Positions 1 to 13,070 of a stretch of 64,000 nt of DNA are shown piece by piece. Below the pieces are notes generated by a model. The model was not told the origin of the DNA. It did not search any database and saw only the letters and a program-made list of their open reading frames with translations. The first letter of the stretch is position 1; each line of letters opens with the position of its first letter. Made by a program: the position numbers and the translations under genes. Origin of the DNA: Chiloscyllium plagiosum. Its lineage: Eukaryota. The stretch is taken from positions 74,053,657-74,117,656 of the forward strand of contig NC_057719.1 in assembly GCF_004010195.1 (NCBI RefSeq). The letters run 5' to 3'.

Positions 1-756
1 AAAAACTCCAATTGCTTTCCAAAAATGATTCTTGTGTGGCCCCCAATTATTAACTTTATTGGTGTTTCGTGACTGCGCATAAAACACTCCCTTCTTAATG
101 CCAAAGACAGGCATCAAATTGCTTGTTCTTAAGGTATTTGCTGATAAAAGAAATGTCGACTTTAGATCAAACAGATTATGACTGTGCATCGGAAGCTGAG
201 GCCATGAAGTGCTGGTTCTTTCAGTAGGCTTAATGTGGTTAGAACAGATGTCTGAATGCTTTCTACTACAAGAGAAGGCAAAGGTTGTAGAGGTTCGAAC
301 TCCGCCTATTGTATAACATAAAGCAAACTGGAATCATCGTTTCAAACTATTCACAGGTCGGGCAAAAACAAGCACGTGGCACGTGTGATAGTGTAAACCC
401 TTGTGATACTTATAGTGTCCTTTGTAGATCAAAAGCCGTATTCCTAATTTTATTAAGCCTTAATATCTTTGTCAATTTATTATTTATAATCTAGAATTGT
501 TCTAGTTTAATCAAGTGGAATTGCATTTTTGATCCTCATTTTATGGGTAAACGGCTTTTTAAAACATATCAAGTTTGAACAATCTTGCAAGGTTTGCTTT
601 AACACTTACCTGTATCTTTATATTTTAAACCACATTATAATCCAGTTTCATTTTCAAATAAGTGGGATCACTGTTCTGCCTGAATAAAGGCTTTATATTA
701 ATTTAATATAAGCCTAAGCAAAGTCAAACTTGAGATCATTTTAAAAGGTAAATAGT

Positions 757-1130
757 CATCGAGTCATAGAAACGTACAGCATGGAAACAGACCCTTCGGT
801 CCAACCTGTCCATGCCAACCAAATATCCCAACCCAATCTAGTCCCACCTGCCAGCACCTGGCCCATATCCCTCCAAACCCTTCCAATACATATACCCATC
901 CAAATGCCTCTTAAATGTTGCAATTGTACCAGCCTCCACCACTTCCTCTGGCAGCTCATTCCATATATGTACCACCCTCTGCATGAAAAGTTGCCCCTTA
1001 GGTCTCTTTTATATCTTTCCCCTCTCATCCTAAACCTATGCCCTCTAGTTCGGGACTCCCCGACCCCTGGGAAAAGACTTTGCCTATTTACCCTATTCAT
1101 GCCTCGCATAATTTTGTAAATCTCTATAAG
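757..1130 (-). mobile_element. CR1-clade LINE (HER1-like), 5'-truncated 3' end
   Basis: Minus ORF reads 'MRGMNRVNRQSLFPGVGESRTRGHRFRMRGERYKRDLRGNF' (CR1 ORF2 C-terminus) and ends in a CTATGACTC-type tail; highly similar to copies at 32150-32553, 35575-35872 and 42146-42530. Confidence 0.92.
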
Positions 1131-1501
1131 ATTTGAATCCTTGTTTGAAAATCGGTGTAGTATTCAAATTCCAACATGTCCACTTTTTCTGCCTGTAATT
1201 AAACGATAAGCTAAGTATTTGAATTATTCTGCTTCATAATAATATAATGTGATTTATTTTTTCAAGAGGAAAAATAAATGCATTCTGAATAAACATCATT
1301 AAGACGTGTAAGCTGGCTTTATTTTCATTGTATAGCAATTACTGTTGGTATTTCTGATAGTATTGAGTCTCATTTATCATAGTCCTGTCTGTTTCTCCCA
1401 CCTATAGTTAGAAAAACTCCTTTAAATTATATTGTTTAAATATCTTCTATTTTCTCTCATTCTTTGTTTTAAAAAAAATCAACAAATGTCATTATTTACC
1501 G

Positions 1502-1692
1502 GACCATAGGACTGCTTTCTGATTAAAGGGGGACAACACATGGTGATTTCAACTGAGGGTAACATCACCGTCAAGGAAGGGGAGAGGTTGAGAATCTTTC
1601 TTGGTAACCTCAGTCAATGCAGGATTTTAACACAAACTGTTGGTGTCACTATGCACCACAAATCAATTGTCCAGCCAACTGAGCTAAACAAC
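1502..1692 (-). mobile_element. Old tRNA-derived SINE (possibly Meta-SINE-type core)
   Basis: Minus strand begins 'TTTAGCTCAGTTGG' (A-box-like), has a degenerate B-box, then 'CCCCTTCCTTGACGGTGATGTTACCCTCAGTTGAAATCACCA'. Family name is from recollection only. Confidence 0.5.
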
Positions 1693-2729
1693 CGTTACCC
1701 CATCATATTTACCCCAACATGAGCAGCAGCCTCCTTTTAATGGGGAAGTATCTGCAGTGCACATTTATCAGAGGCAGAGTGGGGGAGGAAAGAAAGTGTT
1801 GCTGTTACAGTCAGAGTGGTGTGGTTGCTAACCTAATCAAATGTGTTCTTTTTTTTATCTCCCAAAAGTGATATTCATGTGTATCTGCCATGGACTCCAT
1901 TTCTCAACCACTTCTCTCACAGTATAAACCCATAGTTCTGCTTGTTCATCGGTGTTCTACACATGTCCTGTTGAATCCAAGGGAAAAACTTTGAAAAAAT
2001 TTCTTATGTCATTACATTGTATTCCTCTTGCTTGTATTACAGTCTGAGAATGTAAAAGAAGTTAAGGTGCTGTAATTATAGAAATAAAAGAAAATTAGTC
2101 AGACTTACCTTTTCCGAATTTTTTTTAAAAATCCTTCTCGACTGGCCTGACACTAATGGATGTAAGTGAATTGATATTCCTCAAGCTTGACTGCCTGTCT
2201 GAGCCTTGCACCTAAGTATTGCAGAGAGACTGTACTTCTGATTCTCTCTTAGGCCTGCACTCTTCAACAGTCTTGTTGGAGAATAAGATTCAGAAGCTGA
2301 CCCAGGCCCACCTCCACTCTTGTATACCATAGCCGAACCATGGCAACAGCATTGTCCAGATAAAAGGCTTTGGCTTGTGGGTCTTCGTTTGCCCTTCAAT
2401 GGGAACTCTGCACTGCTTATTCCTCTCTCCAACTACTGATGCGGTTTATTTGTGCAACTCACTATGTAGCTAACTTTCTCAGATGACCTATAAAGGGCCA
2501 GGACTCTGAGCTGGTGTAGAATGCGATGCACCTGGCCCACTTTCAGGATGCACGGTTTCCTGTGTCTTTACCCGTCTCCGGCATGAGCACCTTGTAAGAC
2601 CTATGGGTGATGAAAAGTGTGAACTATAACTAGTTGGATGGGAGAATTTACAAACATGACAATGGAGATGTTCTCACAAGTCACTACTGATATTACATCA
2701 ACAAGAGGACGTGTCCATTTTTCCCTGGC

Positions 2730-3073
2730 ACTGGCATTTGTTGCTCATCCCTAATTGCCCTTGAACTTAATGTATCGCTAATGGGTAGTGAAGAGTTGGT
2801 CACACCACAGTGAACTCGGAGTCTCACGTAAGGCCAAACTGAGTAAGGATCGCAAATTTCCTTTTCTGGAGCATTTTAGCAAACCAAATGGGCTTATACA
2901 ACAATCAATGATACCTGACACTGTAACCATCAGTGACACCAGCTTTAATTTCTGGATTTATTGGTCAAATTTAAATTCCATCTACTCACTTGGTGGGATT
3001 TGAACCTATGACTGCAGAATGTTGGTCTGGCCCCTGGGTTGCAAGCTGGGTGACGTACCCCTCCACGTCACCA
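2730..3073 (-). mobile_element. tRNA-derived SINE sharing its 3' tail with the LINE at 24742-26435
   Basis: Minus strand has B-box 'GGTTCAAATCCCACC' and tail 'AAGGGCAATTAGGGATGAGCAACAAATGCCAG', matching the LINE end at ~26369-26395. Confidence 0.75.
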
Positions 3074-3777
3074 TCTCTTCCCCTTGAATTTTCTTGGAGC
3101 GCTGCATTCACGAGGAAGTTACTGTGCTGCTTTTGCTCATCTCTTCGTTCTGCCTTGTCTGCTTGCTTTCCGAAGCAGCAGGCCTGTACAGTTCAAGCCC
3201 CACTGACGTGCTCTTCCTCCTCCCCTTTTCCCCACCCACCCCTCCCCTTCTCTGGCTGCACCATGACTGTAGGCTGCAGCTTGATTTACAAGGATGTCTC
3301 TTATTGAGGCTGTATCACACACATTGCTGTGTCTCGGTTGCCTGATGTAGAGTGCCTTTCTTTTCCAAATGCCACAGTGGTCATACCCACTGCTGTAATC
3401 ACTCAGGAAACTTGAAGATGCATTACTAAAGTTGTGGCCCAGGTAACAAACCATTGGAAAACCCTCTTCTGGAACACAGCCACTGCCAGGATCTCCCATT
3501 GAGCAGAGGTCTGACCATCGGCAGTCACCCCCTTGCTTTTCAAGGGATTTCCAATAATGCATTTCATTCAACAATCTTACAGAACCACGTGTAGAATTTT
3601 AGTGTCAATTCTATGGGATGTTGTAGCTTTTTAAAAGAAAATACATGACCCTAAATTAATCTGTAAGATTGCAGCATCTGTCAAAATATTCCATAACACT
3701 GCTTTGAAAACAAAAGTCCCAGTGTCCTGTTCTGTGGTTACTCCCAATTACCCGCACCAAAATAAATTATCTCGTCA

Positions 3778-4060
3778 TCAAGACTATAGGATAATATGAA
3801 ATTAGGGGTAGACTGTTCAGCGCCTCAACCGTGCCCTGTCATTCAACAGGATCATGGCTAAAGTGACACTTCGAACATCCACTTTCCCCATGATTCTCCT
3901 ACTGATCAGAAAGTTATCTTGATCTTAAGTATAGACAAGGACACTCCCTGCAACTCCCTGTGCAGTAAGGACTTCTAAAGACACTCGAGTGTCTGACAGA
4001 AGGAATTCCACCTCATCTCAGTCTTAAATTGGCACCCCGTAATTCTGAGCCCTAGATTCT
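3778..4060 (-). mobile_element. Degenerate CR1 LINE 3' end
   Basis: Reverse-orientation CR1 3' UTR-like text ('cattcaacaggatcatggct', 'aggaattccacctcatctcagtcttaaat', 'cctagattctccc'). Confidence 0.65.
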
Positions 4061-4064
4061 CCCG

Positions 4065-4232
4065 TTTCCTTACTGCTATTTGTGGGGTCTTGCCTATTGC
4101 CAACTAGCTGGTATTTTTCCCCACATTGCAGCAGTGTCTCCATGTCAAAAGTTGGCTGTAGTGTACCACTGTAAAGTGCCTTTGGGCAACCTCAAGTCTT
4201 GATAAGTTATATATAAGCAAGCATTTCTTTTC
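4065..4232 (+). mobile_element. DeuSINE-like (SacSINE1/AmnSINE-type) 3' portion
   Basis: 'tgctatttgtggggtcttgc...acattgcagcagtg...ctgtaaagtgcctttggg...tatatataagcaagcatttctttt' resembles the 3' half of the copy at 50260-50649. Confidence 0.65.
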
Positions 4233-5701
4233 AGACTGTAAAGTATGGAAATGTGGAACAATTGAAACTAATTGGTTTGTTGACACCTTTTTGAAGATTT
4301 TGAAATACTTTAGTGTTGTTTGGAGTTGCAAAATTCAACTGAAGTGACAGCAACTGTTGGGGTCCACTAACTTCCTGAGTATCTTCAAGCTGGAAAGCTG
4401 AATTCTAATCCTAATGCTGAAAGAAGTGAAATTCTGACAATTCTAAGTATATACTTTGGTAATTTGTTTATACAGTCCTACTATTCTTTGGCATTCAGTT
4501 TGTGGAAAGGGAAGGAATTGGTATATTGTAGGCTTTTATATAATGTGAGCCCAAGATTCACAGCCCCCTAATAAATGGTTGTCAAGTTATATAACTTACA
4601 AGACATACAACATAGCGTTGTGAACCACATTCCTTTTTGTGGTATAATGGTGGCATCTGAGATGTGTAGGGGTTTGTACAACAATTACACATGGACCTTT
4701 CTTCTTTCCATTCCGAAAATCCTAATATTGAAGCCACAACTAGCTAACAAACTGCTCTAAATCTTTTTGTGACTCAGTCAAATTCTGTTTGATGCTTCTG
4801 AGAACGGCCCTTGAAAAGTTTTAAATTTAAAAGTGACATATAAAATGAACTGTAGAGAGGGTATATTTAATCATTGAAAAAATTATTTTTTATATTCCTA
4901 TACATTATTTTATTTTATCTTCTATTATTTTATACATATTTTGCATGTACTTCCTAAAAGGAAAGTACTTTGCTTTCCACTAAGTTCACTCTCCAAAGCT
5001 TTAGTAGTCTCTGCCATGGGAACTTGAGAGAAGTTAGAGGAAACTGTACTATGCTTTTCTTATGTTATAATGCATCCTTGCACTACTTCATCTTTGAGAA
5101 TTTTTTTTCAGAGTACAGAGGCATTTAAATTAATTGAGTTTCTAACTAGAGCTTAGATTTAATGAGTGAGAGTTACAATAAAACCTACGTGTTAGCCAGC
5201 ATTTGGCGTTCGTGTAAGTGTTTTGAACTAAATAGAGGATTGATGCTTATTTAGGGATTGTTTACATATGTTCTTTCTGTCTAATAGATATTTGTTTCTT
5301 TAAGTGCTCATTCTCAGGATCAGTCCAAGTTTGAATCATTCTTTAGGTGCTTGAGTCAGCTAGCTCTGTTGGCTTTTTGAGAGATCACTTCTGTTTCTGT
5401 TGCAGTTAAGAATTTGACAAAATGATTTTCTTTAATAATTTTTTAGAAAAAATGAATATACTGTAAATGCAAACACAAATGCAAGATTGGTCCCTGGACT
5501 ATTTTTCAGAGACCAGTAAATGAAATTATTTTTACATCAGTTAATTTTTGGCACAAGCACAAATTAAGTAGTGGGATAAATTTTCTTTTGGCACTGACAA
5601 GCAACTATATTCCTGCCAAAAGTCAGTAATTATTGATTGCATGAAAATAAACTGGTGGAGTGTTGAATAATTCTTTCCCTCTCCCTCCCCCTCGTGTTCT
5701 T

Positions 5702-5702
<1 letters not shown>

Positions 5703-5734
<32 letters not shown>
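5703..5734. repeat. (CT)n microsatellite within a pyrimidine-rich tract
   Basis: Direct reading of a run of CT dinucleotides followed by (CA)n. Confidence 0.95.
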
Positions 5735-5739
<5 letters not shown>

Positions 5740-6469
5740 CCTGACACACACACTCACTCTCTCTTTGTAATTCTCTCTAGTTCCACAGTCTCTTGTGTCT
5801 CTATCAGTGTTTTCTCTGATTTTTCTCTTGGTCTTGGTTTTTGCTTTCTGTCTTCATCACTGTTCCCTGAGTCTTATGCCCCCATCTCTGTTTGCTCACT
5901 TGCTTTATGTTTGATCTCCCTCTATCTTTGCAGCTCCTTTTGATGTTGGGACAACCTTTTCATAAACTCCTTTCCTTTCCCTTTCTGTATTTTGTTTATA
6001 CTGTACACAGTTTTCATGTACAAACATGTAGTGATTGCACTAAGAAAGCTACACTTGATGCTTTTCATGCCTCTCTTCATGCATTGTTCCGCTTCTGTAA
6101 ATGGTGACAACTTTTTCAGTCAAGGTTATAGTATAACATTTAAAATCTTGTGGATTTTTTCCCCCATTTCCAGCTCCTTGGTTTTATTTTGGTCAGTTTA
6201 AGCTATTTGCTTTTTACTCTTTCTGGCACCAGTCTTTCGCTTGCTCTCATCTTTTTCCTTTCTCTTTCCGTTTGTGAGAAAATCTCAAAGTTATTCATTC
6301 TCTCTGCTACCAGAAGCAGTGTCTCATAGTTGGCATCTTAAGAAACAATGATCAGGAGTCTAGAACATGTCAAAGGTATTTTGAGTGTACCTTAGCATGT
6401 TTGAAACAAATGTTTTTGAGAATTCTTCCTTTATCTATATTCTGTGTGAGTCACCATGGAGTGTTGGAA

Positions 6470-7370
6470 TTGGTAGAGTTTCTGATAGTGAGGAGGATTG
6501 TCAAAGGATACTGTGAGCTGTAAATAGATTGCAGATTTGGGCAGAGAAATGGCAGGTGGAGTTTATTTCAGCCAAATATGAAGTGACGCATTTTAGAAGG
6601 TCAAATTCAGGTGTGAATTATACCATAAATGGCAGAACCCTTGGGAGCATTGACTTACAAAGGAATCTGGGCTTACAGGTCCACAGATCACTGAACGTGG
6701 CAACACAAATGGATAAGGTGGTGAAGAAGGCATACAGCACCCTTCCTTCATCGGCCGGGGCATTGAACATAAAGTTAGCGAGTTATATTACAGCTGTGCT
6801 AAACTTCAGTTAGGCCGCACATTTGGAATACTGAGTGCAGTTCTGGTCGCCACACAACCAGAAGTACATGGATGCTTTCGAGAGGGTGCAGAGAAGATTT
6901 ACCAGGATGTTGCCTCCTCTGGAGGGTTTTAGTTATGAGAAGAGGATGGATAAACTCAGATTGTTTTCACTGGAAAGACAGAGGCTGAGGGGTGACCTGA
7001 TTGAGGTCTACAAAATTGAGAGGCATAGACAAGGTAGATAGTCCGAGACCTTTTCTCAGGGGGGGAAATGTCACCTACAAGAGAGCCCAGGTTCAAAGTG
7101 ATGGGGGAAAGTTTAGGGGAGAAGTGCAGAGAAAGGTTTTCACTAGCCGGCAGTGAGTGCCTGGAATGCACTGCCATTGGAGGTGGTGGACGCAGACACG
7201 ACAGCAATGCTAAAGGTGTATCTTGATAGACATGTGAACAGGAGGTGAACAGTGGGACAGAAACCGTGCATGGCCAATAAGTAATGGGTCTAAATAAGGA
7301 TTAGGAATCAGCACAGGCTTGGTGGGCCGAAGGGTCGGTCTCTGTGCTGCACTGCATTTTGCTGTGTAGA
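6470..7370 (+). mobile_element. CR1 LINE 3' fragment (RT C-terminal region and 3' UTR)
   Basis: ORFs 'WAEKWQVEFISAKYEVTHFRRSN', 'QFWSPHNQKYMDAFERVQRRFTRMLP...RLRGDLIEVYKI'; tail 'ggcttggtgggccgaaggg...tgtgctgcactg'. Confidence 0.92.
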
Positions 7371-7764
7371 AATGGTACTTTGCTGCAGCAATGAGGGTAG
7401 GTAGCATCCTTCGTGTTTGAGGCAAGGCACAAGGATAGCTTTGCACAACTACCTATCAGCCATTTGTTATCCTTTTCATTGGTGTGAAACAGTGGAAGGG
7501 TGAGGTGACAGCAGTGGGAGCAAGACAGGCTCCTGGGGATAGAATTCCCACAAACATCCTCCGAAAGCAATTGTTGTACCAATTGCATTGGATTGGTGGG
7601 GGGGGAGGCGGGCTGCAGGGGAGGCAGCAATTAAGGGATAATAATTTGGAAGGAGGGTTGATGCCAGCAATGTAAGCTTACGTTCAGGCATTGGGTTTTG
7701 ATGTTGTTTTTTTTGTTGGTAGCCTCCAGGAACCCCTTATAAGGACTGTCTGTTAGATTGTATT

Positions 7765-8019
7765 ATTAGATTAGATTACTTAGTGTGGAAACAGGCCCTT
7801 CGGCCCAACAAGTCCACACCGACCCTCTGAAGAGCAACCCACCCAGACCCAGTCCCCTACATTTACCCCTTCACCTAACACTACAGGCAATTTAGCATGG
7901 CCAATTCACCTAACCTGCACATCTTTAGACTGTGGGAGGAAACCGGAGCACCCGGAGAAAACCCACACAGACACGGGGAAAATGTGCAAACTCTACACAG
8001 ACAGTTGCCCGAGGCGGGA
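7765..8019 (-). mobile_element. HE1/V-type SINE, 5'-truncated
   Basis: Reverse complement of the V-core 'tctgtgtagagtttgcacatt...tgtctgtgtgggttttctccgggtgctccggtttcctccca' plus an (AATCT)n tail. Confidence 0.9.
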
Positions 8020-8614
8020 GTGTATGTTGTGACTCTATTTACCTAAAGACCAAACAGTTCAGCACAGGCATCAGGCAACCTTCTGTATATACAGAAAGTC
8101 CAGATCTTGGCTGTGGATATGTCTATTTCTGCCTTTATTGCTATATTGTAAGTGTTACACCCAATATGTAACGACCATGCAGTTCACACTGCAGATGGTT
8201 AAATAGGTATGGCACCATCAAGTTACTAGATCAAAGTGTTCCAACTATGTAAAGTTACATGATCATGAATTGTACGTTTCAGATGAAATATTTTTGGCTT
8301 GCAGCCTAGAAATTGATGATGACTATGTTCTTTAAATCTTGAGAGGCAAAATGCTGGAATTGTAGAAGGAAAATTAAATCAATACAGGAAATTGATGCAT
8401 TGTGTAATAGACATCTCCCTAAAAGCTGGCAAAAGAAAATGAAATCCCATTTGTTTTTGCTTTTTTTTAAAAAAAAAAATCTGGCACAGTACTTCTGATA
8501 TATTCCTTGATTGTGTCATATAATTTAGCATTATTAATATTTAAGAAATACATTTGTTTGACAGTCTGGAGTTGCCATTATATTCTGTCCAAATAGTTTG
8601 AAACCAGGTACAGT

Positions 8615-8800
8615 ATAGTACAGAATCTTAGAATGGACCACAAGATGGAAGGAGACCATTCAGTCCGTCATGTCCGCACTGGTTTTCCAAAGCAGCAATT
8701 TAACACATGCTATAACCTGCCTTCCACCTGTAACCCTGCACATTCCTCCTTTTCAGACAATAATCCAATTCCTCCGTGAATGTTTCAGTTAAATAGTGGG
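8615..8800 (-). mobile_element. Degenerate CR1 3' end
   Basis: 'cagaatcttagaatggaccacaagatggaaggagaccattcagtcc' is the usual reverse-strand appearance of a CR1 tail. Confidence 0.5.
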
Positions 8801-8829
8801 CCTCAGTGCAGGATATGATCCTTACGTTC

Positions 8830-9913
8830 TGTCATTAAAATAACAATCCCTTTGCAGGAGCAAAGTGTTTTTAGTGGTGCGCTGAAGTTGCAGTGTAGAT
8901 CAATGCCAACCGTTGGAACTACCAAAACTCATTTCACATAGAACCTAAATTACCAACAGACCAAGAAAATGTTAGCCCTTCAGTCTAGACTGAGTTGAAC
9001 TTGTTTCAGAAATAAAGCTTTTTATCACCCTGTGCACCATCCAGCCTTTCTCATTTCCTGTTTGAAGAAATGCTGTAAGGGCTGTCTTTTTATTTTGTAC
9101 TTTTAAAAACTGGGGATTCAAATGAAAACAAGTTCTAAGACAATTTGAAACCAAGAGACTGTTCAGATGCAGCTTTAATTGGCAACAAAAAATTGTTTGG
9201 TCTATGGACGAGTAACCAATAATCAAAGACAGACTTTTTCGTATGTCAATGACTGAGATTGCTTTTCAGGAACTGAACAACTTGGAGCTGTTACAGACAG
9301 AGAGAGATGTGTTTAAGTTCTTCCCCAGCTTGGGGGTGATCAGCCTGTTCCCTGCAATCAAACCTCACTGTAAACCTGAGGAAAGCCAGTTTATCTTTCC
9401 TGCATCAATTGTTTTATGCTGCAATCTTTAACTGATAAATCATAACGTGACGTGGCCACCTTGTGTCCCTTGTACAACAGTGGAAGCAGCTGGGGAAGTC
9501 AACTGAAGTAACACACTGGCCACCTGTACAGTCATAAAAATCATCTCATCAACAAGACTGGGAATAAAAACTCTTGAACTGTCCTTCTAGTATTTCCCAT
9601 CTGTCCATAAACTATTTCACCTTATCTGTTTCTGTCTGTGTATGAAAGGGGGAGGTTTACAAGGGGCGTGAGAGTTTAATTAGTTGCGTTGTCGACATAC
9701 AGTTTATGACTGGTTACCTGTAGCGAGAATCTAATTCCTTAAAATAAATAGTGATTAGTTTTTCGTACTGAAACTGGTCTATGCTTTCTATTCAATCCGG
9801 TAAAATCAGGTAAATTGGGGACTCTTACATACTTTATAAAATCTTTAACTTCTGTGATGACTCCATAAACAGCAGCTATGATTTCCAGTTTACTATCCCA
9901 GTGAGCCTGAATA
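8830..9913 (+). mobile_element. Possible solo LTR or LTR-like repeat
   Basis: Starts with TG, contains AATAAA signals (9564, ~9744) and LTR-like composition; 3' end degenerate and no clear TSD. Confidence 0.3.
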
Positions 9914-10654
9914 TTGCCTTCTATTTTCTACCTGCCTTACCTGAGTTCCTGATAGAGCATTTGCTAATGGTGTTAATAGGAGAGGTGCAAGCAAAATATG
10001 CTATCTTGTGTCAAAGTGGCTAATGTGTCCTACCTGTTATCAGTCTTTGCCAAATACCTTAATGTCCCCACAAAAGCAGCAGTTAATCAGGGAAGTTAAT
10101 GTTTGGGGAAGAGTTGTTATAACGCTACACCGCTATTGCATGACCTTGGTTTCCTTTTGAAGTTTGGCAGACACTGTTTCAGATGGAGATTGGAATTTAC
10201 TTTATTTGATTCTGGCCACTAATGAAATCCGGTAGATCTCCAAAAATGTTTCCAAAATAGAAAATATAAGTGAGCCCATCCAGCTTGTCTGTCCTTTTCC
10301 GCACTTCAAAAGCCACTAATATCATCCATATTGGAAAATCATAATCTATTTCAGCAGGTTTCTGCTATTTATTGACCTTTGTTTTATTCCTATGATAACT
10401 AACATCTGTGACTATATTCAGATGCAGAATGGAGCTAAAGTTTAATATCTTGGTAGCAGTCTTAAAAACATGTGGAAGAAGCTGCCCAACAGAGCAACTG
10501 AAAGTTTAAATGTCAAAATCGAACCAGTATTATGTGAAGTAGTCACATAACACTGAATCTTGACTCTTTCAGCATATGATTTCAGAATGCCTGTTTTTAA
10601 AAGAATCAAGTTCAACTTTGTTTTCCTCCCACAATAAATGCCTCGCAATGGTTC

Positions 10655-11060
10655 TAGAGTCATAGATCATTTGACCTGGAAACAAACCCTTTGTTCCAAC
10701 TGGTCCACGCCACACCACGTTCCCAAACTAAACTGGGCCCACCTGCCTGCATTTGGCCCATAACCCTCCAAACCTTTCCTATTCATGTACTTAGCCAACT
10801 GTCTTTTAAACGGTGTCACTGTACCTGCATCCACCATTTTCTCTGGCAGCTCATTCCACACACTGACCAGACTCTGTGTTTTTATAAAAAAGCTGCCCCG
10901 CGTGTCCTTCTTAAAACTTTCTCCTCTCCCCTTAAAAATATGCCCCCGAGTTTTGACTTTTCCCCCATCCTAGGGAAAAGACCCTTGCTATTCATTTTAT
11001 CTATGTCCGTCATGATTTTATAAACCTCCATGAGGTCACCCCTCAACGTCCTACGCTCTA
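10655..11060 (-). mobile_element. CR1 LINE 3' end
   Basis: Minus ORF 'WNELPEKMVDAGTVTPFKRQLAKYMNRKGLEGYGPNAGRW'; tail 'tctatgactct'. Confidence 0.92.
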
Positions 11061-11915
11061 GTTTTTGGACTGTGTTTCAACTCGATTTACTAACTGGTTA
11101 TCTGGCCATTTGAAGTCCATGAAAAAAGTTATTTTAATTCTTTCAGGAAATCACTTACTGGCACTTTGCATGTGATTGCTTGCTAACCTACCTTCCTTGC
11201 AGAAAGACAAACTTGACATGAGCTGCCAGAAAATAAGGGGAGACAATAAACAGTTGCACTCATTCTGTTGCAAAGTATTACACGGTAACTTGAGTATGTC
11301 ATTGACATGTGTAAGGTTATAATTATTATACTTTTTCATTGCCTTTAAAATGGCATGATATTTAAGACTTGTCTTTCCTTTTTGTTCTCATCACTCTTTG
11401 CCCCCACGTAACAGTTCTACTAGTTGTAAGATCTAGCTCACGGGCTCAATAGTAATCAAGACGAGTTTCACCCTTTCAGTGGGGCCAAATTAACAATGCA
11501 GTTTTCTATGATCGAGGTTGGAAAGCCCCATTACCATGCGGCTTTCTGTCAACTGATATAATGCAATTGGCAAAACACATAGCAATTCTGCCAACAAATT
11601 TGAAAGTCAGCCAATTTTATGCTTAAAATACCATCTGGTTAAGAAGCTAAGTATGCAAGTTTAATTATAAATCTGCATTTTGATATTTTACCAAAGGCCT
11701 TGGTCTTAATAAGATGGAGAGACAGCTGCATGCTGCTTTTTGTTTTTCAGGTTTCCTGCCCATTCCCATGAGTTTGGTATCAAAACAGACTGGTTGAGAA
11801 GGAAGGCAAAATCAGAACCAACTTCAGGCTTGAGCTTTTTTAAAACACTGTTTATTACATATTAAGAGTAAATACTACAACAAAGGATAATCTGAGAAAT
11901 ACCAGCCTTTAAGGG

Positions 11916-12190
11916 AGGACAGCATGGTGGCTCAGTGATTAGCACTACTGCCTCACAGCGCCAGGGACCCAGGTTCGATTCCAGCCTCGGGCGACAGTCT
12001 GTGTGGAGTTTGCACATTCTCCCAGTGTCTGTGTGGGTTTTCTCCGGATACTCTGGTTTCCTCCCTCAGTCCAAAGATGTGCAGGCCACGTGAATTGGCC
12101 AAAGCTAAATAGCCCATAGTGTAAGGTGCATTAGTCGGAGGGAAATGGGTCTGGGTGGCTTACTCTTCGGAAGGTTGGTGTGGATTTATT
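11916..12190 (+). mobile_element. HE1/V-type SINE (first of a tandem pair, tail missing)
   Basis: A-box 'TGGCTCAGTGATT', B-box 'GGTTCGATTCC', V-core. Confidence 0.92.
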
Positions 12191-12194
12191 AAGA

Positions 12195-12513
12195 TGGGCG
12201 GCACGGTGGCTCAGTGGTTAGCACTGCTGCCTCACAGCACTAGGGTCCTGGGTTCGATTCCCACCTGTCTGTGTGGAGTTTGCACATTCTCCCTGTGTCT
12301 GCGTGGGTTTCCTCTGGGTCCTCCGGTTTCCTCCCACAATCCAAAGATGTGCAGGTCAGGTGAATTGGTCATGCTAAATTGCTCACAGTGTTAGGTGCAT
12401 TAGTCATGGGTTAAATATCAGGTAGTGGAATGGGTTTCTCTTCGGAGGGGCGGTGTGGACTTGTTGGGCCGAAGGGCCTGTTTCCACACTGTAGAGAATC
12501 TAATCTAATCTTA
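12195..12513 (+). mobile_element. HE1/V-type SINE, full length
   Basis: 'GGGCGGCACGGTGGCTCAGTGGTTAGCACTGCTGCCTCACAGC', B-box, V-core, CR1-like tail and (AATCT)n end. Confidence 0.95.
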
Positions 12514-12732
12514 ATCTTCTTGTTACACTGTTGAAAGATTATTCCATGAACTCTGCAGCCACATGGCCTGCTTCCACACTCTATGGATTCTATGATAATG
12601 CTTGTCGATTACTGGACATGCTTCTCTGCACTATCGTCTCCTCTTCCTTTAACTTCACCGACACTGTGCTTTTCATGCCATTTGAGATGCAGCTCCATGA
12701 CATCATCACAAGATTGCAGGGTTTTTAGGACC

Positions 12733-13070
12733 CTGGTGCACAACAGTAATATCACTGGACAGGTACTAGAAAGTTTAGGCTAATGCTCTGGGAGCATTAA
12801 TTTGAAACCCAGCAGCTGATTTAATTTTTTTCAATTGGATTTAAATTCAAACTTAACAAAAGCTAATCCCAGAAATGTTGACCATGAAACCTTTATCGAG
12901 AGTCATGAAGGGTTATCTGATACACTAATATTCTTTAAGGGCAGAAAATACACTGCTTTTACCTGGCTTGCCTGCATGTGACTTCAGACCCTCAGCAACT
13001 GCCCTTTGAAGTGGTCTAACTAGTTACTCCTCTCAAGAGCCATTAAAGATGTGCGATAGTTGCTGAACAT
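12733..13070 (+). mobile_element. Degenerate tRNA-derived SINE of the 2730/22195 family
   Basis: 'taatgctctggg', 'gaccatgaaacc', 'ttacctgg...catgtgacttcagacc', 'aactgccct', tail 'aagagccattaaagatgtgc'. Confidence 0.65.

Noticed and set aside
3094..3574. Overlapping ORFs up to 145 aa and a possible AG/GT-bounded segment at ~3377-3442
   Set aside because: No recognisable protein, and the candidate exon has stops in all three frames.
12195..12270. tRNA-like sequences with A and B boxes (here and in other copies)
   Set aside because: They are SINE heads followed by the V-core and LINE tail, not tRNA genes.
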